Assembly (NCBI GenBank): GCA_040954595.2
Contig: CM082577.2
Location: 5,134,301 to 5,198,300 of the forward strand
Reading direction: 5' to 3'
From: Balanoglossus misakiensis
Lineage: Eukaryota > Animalia > Hemichordata
Length of the DNA stretch: 64,000 bases
The notes below the pieces were generated by a model, which was not told the origin of the DNA, made no database searches, and saw nothing but the letters and a program-made list of their open reading frames with translations. The number at the start of each line of letters is the position of its first letter. The stretch's first letter is position 1. Below are positions 63,846-64,000 of the stretch, piece after piece. The position numbers were made by a program, and so were the translations under genes.

Positions 63846-64000
63846 CTTCGGACTCGTAAATAGTCATGTTAGGGTTGTGAAAGCACAGCCTCCACAGGCC
63901 AGCGTGTTGAACAACCAGCGGCAAGTCGCTGATGTCCGACACATTGAACTCGTTCCGATTTTCGTAAATGTCATAATTTGATGATACCCAATAGTCTGTT
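63846..64000 (-). CDS. Claudin-superfamily exon with the W...GLWxxC signature (continues beyond the window)
   Basis: Reads TDYWVSSNYDIYENRNEFNVSDISDLPLVVQHAGLWRLCFHNPNMTIYESE. GTAAGT donor, phase 1, joins 50814 across a 13-kb intron. TMEM114/CACNG/GSG1-like, subfamily not resolvable. Confidence 0.88.

Overview
AT-rich, intron-containing animal genomic DNA, probably an invertebrate deuterostome (inferred from gene structure and repeats, not proven). From left to right: the last 9 coding exons of a diacylglycerol lipase beta-type gene (+); tRNA-Gly(GCC) (-) head-to-head with a two-exon TMEM11 (+); a 9.7-kb satellite (100 copies of an ~87-bp monomer between divergent 77/88-bp monomers) lying between the convergent 3' ends of TMEM11 and USP1; a complete USP1 (-; 6 coding exons, about 739 aa, probable non-coding exon 1 near 43.4 kb); and the last 4 coding exons of a PMP22/claudin-superfamily gene (-). 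The long 29-aa-repeat ORFs are satellite artefacts. Best leads: (1) a 17+1+17-bp palindrome flanked by a 7-bp direct repeat, matching a P-element excision footprint; (2) strong enrichment of TACATGTA, the Tc1-type footprint; (3) a PIP-box-like motif and a candidate alternative first exon in USP1; (4) the hairpin-built, nested architecture of the satellite; (5) a perfect 67-bp inverted repeat 1.76 kb apart in an intron. All coordinates and counts were read by eye.
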